Positions 60,655-64,000 of a stretch of 64,000 nt of DNA are shown here, one piece after another (within the stretch, counting starts at the first letter, position 1; the number at the start of each line of letters is the position of its first letter). The notes beneath the pieces are model-generated. The model was not told where the DNA came from, did no database searches, and worked only from the letters and a program-made list of their open reading frames with translations. Both the position numbers and the translations under genes were made by a program. The stretch lies in the IMG/VR virus record IMGVR_UViG_3300028591_000115, one strand, 5' to 3'. This DNA comes from an uncultured virus (IMG/VR IMGVR_UViG_3300028591_000115). Its lineage: Duplodnaviria; Heunggongvirae; Uroviricota; Caudoviricetes.

Positions 60655-61089
60655 ATGAAGATCTGGTTCGACATGGATGGAACGATCGCCGATCTGTACG
60701 GCGTGACTGATTGGCTCCCGGCTCTGATCGCCGAAGATACCCGCCCTTACGAAGTGGCGAAGGGGATCGGCAATCTCGCTCTGATCGCTCGGCTCCTCAA
60801 CAAGGTGCAGGCGAACGGTCACGAGATTGGAATCATCTCTTGGACGGCTAAAGCCGGAACCGCCGGATACAACGCTCGGATTTACGCCGCAAAGGTTGGT
60901 TGGCTCGGCAAGCACCTTCCTTCCGTAAACTGGGACACGATCCTTGTCAAGCCCTACGGAACTGACAAGCGGGTTGCCACTGGTGGCGGGATCCTCTTCG
61001 ATGATGAGGAACCGAACCGGATCGGATGGGGCGAAGGCGCCCACACTCCTGCCGAGATCGTGGAAGTCCTCAAGGCTCTTACCAGATAA
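60655..61089 (+). CDS. Second HAD-superfamily phosphatase paralogue (144 aa)
   Basis: FDMDGTIADLY, IISW, K and ILFDD motifs. Confidence 0.75.
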   Translation: MKIWFDMDGTIADLYGVTDWLPALIAEDTRPYEVAKGIGNLALIARLLNKVQANGHEIGIISWTAKAGTAGYNARIYAAKVGWLGKHLPSVNWDTILVKPYGTDKRVATGGGILFDDEEPNRIGWGEGAHTPAEIVEVLKALTR

Positions 61090-61319
61090 GACAATGTCAA
61101 ATCTGGTAAACTAAAACTGACGCAGCACCCCTGACCTTCCTCCTTGGGTTGGGGGTTTTCCTTATTTTGTGGGCTGCGCGCCGGCGGTCGCCTGCGCGCA
61201 GTATTTCGGCTAATTAGGAGGATCAGAAAAAATTTTTTTGAAAAAGTTGTGAAAAAAGGGTTGACAGATTATCCCTTATCGTGTATAATGACTACAGTAA
61301 GAAACAGGAGGTAACCACC

Positions 61320-61493
61320 ATGAAGCTGATCGCCACCGTCAACAATCTCCCCGCCAACCTCTCCAAGTACGCTTGGATCACCGCTCGCGCTGTCGATGGC
61401 GAGCTCTGGTTCTACGGCGCTTGGTACGATGAGGATGGCGCTCGGGCTCAGGCTCGGGAGATCGACGGCATCGCCCTCAAGGTTGAGGGCTGA
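61320..61493 (+). CDS. Hypothetical small protein (57 aa)
   Basis: Perfect TTGACA-17-TATAAT promoter and AGGAGG RBS; ARAVDGELWFYGAW. Confidence 0.75.
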   Translation: MKLIATVNNLPANLSKYAWITARAVDGELWFYGAWYDEDGARAQAREIDGIALKVEG

Positions 61494-61560
61494 TGCTGAA
61501 AAAATTCAGCATCTATCCTGTTATAATAAGAGTGTAAGAAAGAGAGAGGAGTAAACGAAA

Positions 61561-61857
61561 ATGACTACCTACACCGATCTGATCCGCAAGATGGATAATC
61601 CCCGCTACGTTGGCAAGATGGACAAACCGGTCAAGCGGGTTAATAAAGTCTATGATCTGTTTATTGATGGATCTTACATCAAGACCGAATACCACAAGAA
61701 CAACGATCAGCTTGCTATTGGTCGGCTGATGGATCACGCTCGATACTACATCGACAAGATGAACCGGCTCGGCGGTGATCCCGCCGGTGAGATTGAGATC
61801 CGGATCACTGACAGGGATGGAAAAATTTCTTTCAAGAAATTTTCCAAAAACGCTTGA
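61561..61857 (+). CDS. Hypothetical protein (98 aa)
   Basis: AGGAG RBS; extended -10 (TGtTATAAT) upstream. Confidence 0.7.
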   Translation: MTTYTDLIRKMDNPRYVGKMDKPVKRVNKVYDLFIDGSYIKTEYHKNNDQLAIGRLMDHARYYIDKMNRLGGDPAGEIEIRITDRDGKISFKKFSKNA

Positions 61858-61912
61858 CAGGATCAAGCAAACCTGCTATAATGTAACCATCAAGAGAGAG
61901 GAGCGAAAGACA

Positions 61913-62188
61913 ATGACAAGCAAGAAATTCGCAGGACACGAAAAGGCCGCCGCTAAGATCAACTACTACGAAGACGGCTCCATGGAACTGGTGAGCTACA
62001 AGACCGTGGTTGCCACGGTTGACCCCGAAGGTTGGGTGCACCTCAACGGCCTGTACAGCATGACCACGATCAAGCACATCGGTTGGTTCGCCCGGCTGAT
62101 CGGTACGGACTACCACACGCTGAAAGGCCTCATGGTCGACCACAAGGACATGAACCTCAACACCGGCGAGGTGGTGGATTGGGAGTAA
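61913..62188 (+). CDS. Phage hypothetical protein (91 aa)
   Basis: Own promoter, RBS and terminator; LVSYKTVVA...YSMTTIKH pattern typical of small phage early proteins. Confidence 0.75.
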   Translation: MTSKKFAGHEKAAAKINYYEDGSMELVSYKTVVATVDPEGWVHLNGLYSMTTIKHIGWFARLIGTDYHTLKGLMVDHKDMNLNTGEVVDWE

Positions 62189-62350
62189 TCCCAATCCTTT
62201 TTCTTTTGAGCCGGTCGTTGCTGGGCGCGACGACCGGCATTTAGATTTTGGTAGGGTCTGCATAATTATACAATCGCATTGCATAAAAAAAGTGCTTGAC
62301 AGCCGATCCTGTATCTGGTACAATAGTGGTGGAAAGGAAGGTGCTACCCC

Positions 62351-62785
62351 ATGACTGAACTGACTGCGATCCGTGACTTCGTTGAGCTGATCACCGGCAT
62401 CCGCCCTGTGATCGCACGCAAGCGTGACGATTGGTCTGTTATTTCCGAAGCCGACTCCATGCGGATGACCGTCCCCACGGTCTACACCGGCTCCGAAACT
62501 GACAAGGCTTTCCGCAAGGACTTTGTGAGCCGTTGCCCTCTTGCCCGGGGCTTCGCTGATGTTACCATTAGCATCCTGCACGAGATGGGGCACTTCGCCA
62601 CCCGTGACAACTTCAACAGCGATGTGTACACCGCACAAGTTGAGGAAGCCGGCGCCGACATGGAAAAATACATGGCGATCCCTTACGAGATGCTCGCCAC
62701 CTGTTGGGCGATCTGTTGGCTGATGGATCCGGACAACCGGAAAGAAGCCAAAAATTTTGAGAAAAATTTCTTCGGAAGGGGTTGA
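62351..62785 (+). CDS. Putative HExxH zinc metallopeptidase-like protein (144 aa)
   Basis: ILHEMGH with downstream PYEMLA as a candidate third ligand. Confidence 0.65.
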   Translation: MTELTAIRDFVELITGIRPVIARKRDDWSVISEADSMRMTVPTVYTGSETDKAFRKDFVSRCPLARGFADVTISILHEMGHFATRDNFNSDVYTAQVEEAGADMEKYMAIPYEMLATCWAICWLMDPDNRKEAKNFEKNFFGRG

Positions 62786-62816
62786 CAAACCGCCCCGGAT
62801 CTGATACAATGATCAT

Positions 62817-63099
62817 GTTGAAAGGAGATGGTTCCGATGGGGATCGAAGCCCCCGGCCCGCAGGCAGGTGCGAAGCGGGCCACATGGGCGGGAGGTAAGC
62901 ACCCAGCCGGTTGAGGAGAGGGCCCCCAAGACCGGCAAGCGAACCTTGGCAAGTGAATGGAGGATGGCCACCGCCTTAAGAAGCCCCAGGGAGGCTGAAG
63001 CCGATTGCGAGAGCGCAAGTTGCTCGTGTAAGACCTTCAAACTCGGGAAACGAGGATGCCCCGAACCCTGTTGATACAGAGCCGAACGGCTCTTTTTTT
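62817..63099 (+). ncRNA. Putative ~280 nt structured ncRNA
   Basis: Promoter at 62782-62810 and terminator at 63079-63099; 5' GGTTC..GGGGATC can pair with 3' GAT.CCCC.GAACC; many short hairpins; only a 25-28 codon ORF. Confidence 0.6.
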
Positions 63100-63223
63100 A
63101 TTGGCCGAGCGTGCGCGGGCCACACGCTCGGCATTTGGGATCAGCTAAGGGTTCAGAAAAAAAATTTTGCAAATCGGCCAAAAAAGTGTTGACAAATGGC
63201 TCCCGTTATGGTATTCTATACTC

Positions 63224-63674
63224 ACCGGAAGGGGTTAGAGCCCGGGGCCACGGGTGCCAAAGCCGATGGAAGGAGCTACGCGCGGAGCGCCCCGCGCGCG
63301 GAAGAACCCGGGGGGTTGGAGTAGCGCACCAAGGGCCGAAGGCCAAGGCCGGATCTCCCGGGGCCGAAACTACTACGTTGAGGGTAGGCAGAGCCGGAAC
63401 ATCGGGTAGCCGAGCCGGTGGGGCCCATGAGAGCCTGTAAGACCTCCCCAATGAAACGACCGCAGGCCGAAGTCCTACTCTGCGGTATACGGGGCGAGGA
63501 ACCCCGGGGTCCGAAAGGGCTCAAATGTGCGGGCAACAACAGGGGAGCGTCTGGGACCCCGGGGCCAGTAGGATGGACGCAAAGGGTGGTAACCTGCCCG
63601 ACGAAGAGCCGGGCTTGAGACCTCAAGTGCGAGGACGAATAGCCAACAGAGGGATCAGCTGATCCCCCTTTTTT
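63224..63674 (+). ncRNA. Putative ~450 nt highly structured ncRNA
   Basis: Promoter at 63189-63217 and terminator at 63650-63674; end-to-end pairing, many GC stems and a 7 bp pseudoknot candidate; no RBS-led ORF. Confidence 0.7.
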
Positions 63675-63802
63675 CATTTGAGCTGGTCGCGGGCGGCCGC
63701 GCGCGACCAGTTTTCACGCTTCAGAGAGGATCCAGAAAAAAAGATTTGCAAAAGGCAGAAAAAAAGTGTTGACATCGGCTCCCGGATGTGGTATTATACT
63801 GT

Positions 63803-63912
63803 CAGAGGGAGAAGGCAGTGAACCGGCTGACACTCCTAAAGGGCGCCGAAAGGCAAGTGCGAGCCCCGCAAAACAAAAGTCACCGGCACGGGCGGGTCCG
63901 AACCGCCCACAA
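63803..63912 (+). ncRNA. Putative small structured RNA, copy 3
   Basis: Promoter at 63769-63797; core ACTCCTAAAGGGC-GCCGAAAGGC-aagt-GCGAGCCCCGCAAAACAAAAG; closing stem; 3' hairpin GGGCGG..CCGCCC. Confidence 0.65.
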
Positions 63913-63976
63913 AAAAGTTGTTGACAGATCATAAGGTCTGTGCTATAATGAAGCCATCAAGAGAAGGGAGCTAACC

Positions 63977-64000
63977 ATGATGAATACCGAAGTTATCAAG
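63977..64000 (+). CDS. Start of the next small gene (partial)
   Basis: Promoter at 63921-63949, GGGAG RBS and ATG at 63977. Confidence 0.5.

Larger units (their letters stand above)
57090..63733. repeat. Dispersed family of eight GC-rich hairpins with a YGG(T/G/C)C loop and downstream GGRTY box
   Basis: Hairpins at 57090-57116, 58316-58342, 59024-59050, 60295-60323, 61173-61202, 62210-62238, 63104-63132 and 63682-63711. Confidence 0.8.
57274..63949 (+). promoter_or_regulatory. Array of near-consensus SigA promoters with upstream A-tracts
   Basis: -35 hexamers at 57274, 57738, 58401, 58796, 59109, 59233, 59579, 59894, 60600, 61261, 61854, 62296, 62782, 63189, 63769 and 63921, each with a 17 nt spacer and a TATAAT-like -10, most with a TG extension. 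One more lies on the minus strand at 60493-60521. Confidence 0.85.

Noticed and set aside
61832..62809. 325 aa minus-strand ORF and other minus-strand ORFs in the GC-rich arm
   Set aside because: They are antisense to genes that have clear promoters and RBS; long shadow frames are expected at high GC.
63390..63535. Group II intron (GAGCCG stem resembling domain 5, and a GTGCG)
   Set aside because: The order is reversed and the domain 5 geometry is incomplete; there is no maturase or interrupted gene. Too weak to call.
57090..63733. CRISPR array or classical integron attC sites
   Set aside because: The repeats are not identical, spacing is 0.6-1.3 kb, there are no RYYYAAC/GTTRRRY ends, and no cas or intI gene is in the window.
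59144..63912. Assigning the small RNA family to HDV-like/theta, pistol or twister ribozymes, or to c-di-GMP-II riboswitches
   Set aside because: By eye I could not fit the required helix order or conserved core residues, and there is no adjacent tRNA.
62868..63932. Track ORFs overlapping the putative ncRNAs (e.g. 63111..63440, 63276..63677, 63418..63618)
   Set aside because: They have no suitable RBS, some start upstream of the promoter, and their Arg/Gly/Pro-rich composition is typical of non-coding GC-rich sequence.
1..64000. Suppressor tRNA, release factor, lysis genes, integrase or diversity-generating retroelement
   Set aside because: No cloverleaf/T-loop signature, reverse transcriptase, recombinase or lysin motif was recognised; they may lie outside the window.

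Overview
A 64 kb segment of a large tailed phage genome, siphovirus-like, with SPbeta-like head/tail gene order and probably a Firmicutes host (SigA-type promoters, AGGAGG ribosome-binding sites). It has two very different parts. (1) About 1-54,900 is AT-rich and carries a minus-strand morphogenesis arm: terminase, portal, protease/scaffold, capsid, connectors, tail tube, tape measure, baseplate and fibres. The ORF track shows it as dozens of fragments because the phage reads TAG as a sense codon, most likely Gln (genetic code 15). The fragments stop at TAG, resume in the same frame and end at TAA/TGA. Re-read this way they give about 26 closely packed genes, including a ~4,043 aa tape measure, a ~3,133 aa tail protein and a >2,400 aa CotH-kinase-like/LRR protein. 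The highest-copy virion proteins contain no TAG, while terminase and portal have TAG within their first 3-6 codons. (2) After four plus-strand AT-rich genes, about 57,000-64,000 becomes abruptly GC-rich. It is an array of about 18 short transcription units, almost all with a near-consensus TTGACA-17-TATAAT-type promoter, and none of its genes uses TAG. Five units lack a credible protein gene and look like structured non-coding RNAs: a three-copy ~60-85 nt motif with covarying stems, and two large RNAs of ~280 and ~450 nt. The array is punctuated about every kb by eight GC-rich hairpins with variable stems, a conserved YGG(T/G/C)C loop and a GGRTY box 30-33 nt downstream. No tRNA, suppressor tRNA, CRISPR array or integrase is visible. 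Gene joins were checked by frame arithmetic and by hand translation of many, but not all, gaps. All protein family calls are by motif recognition, not database search.
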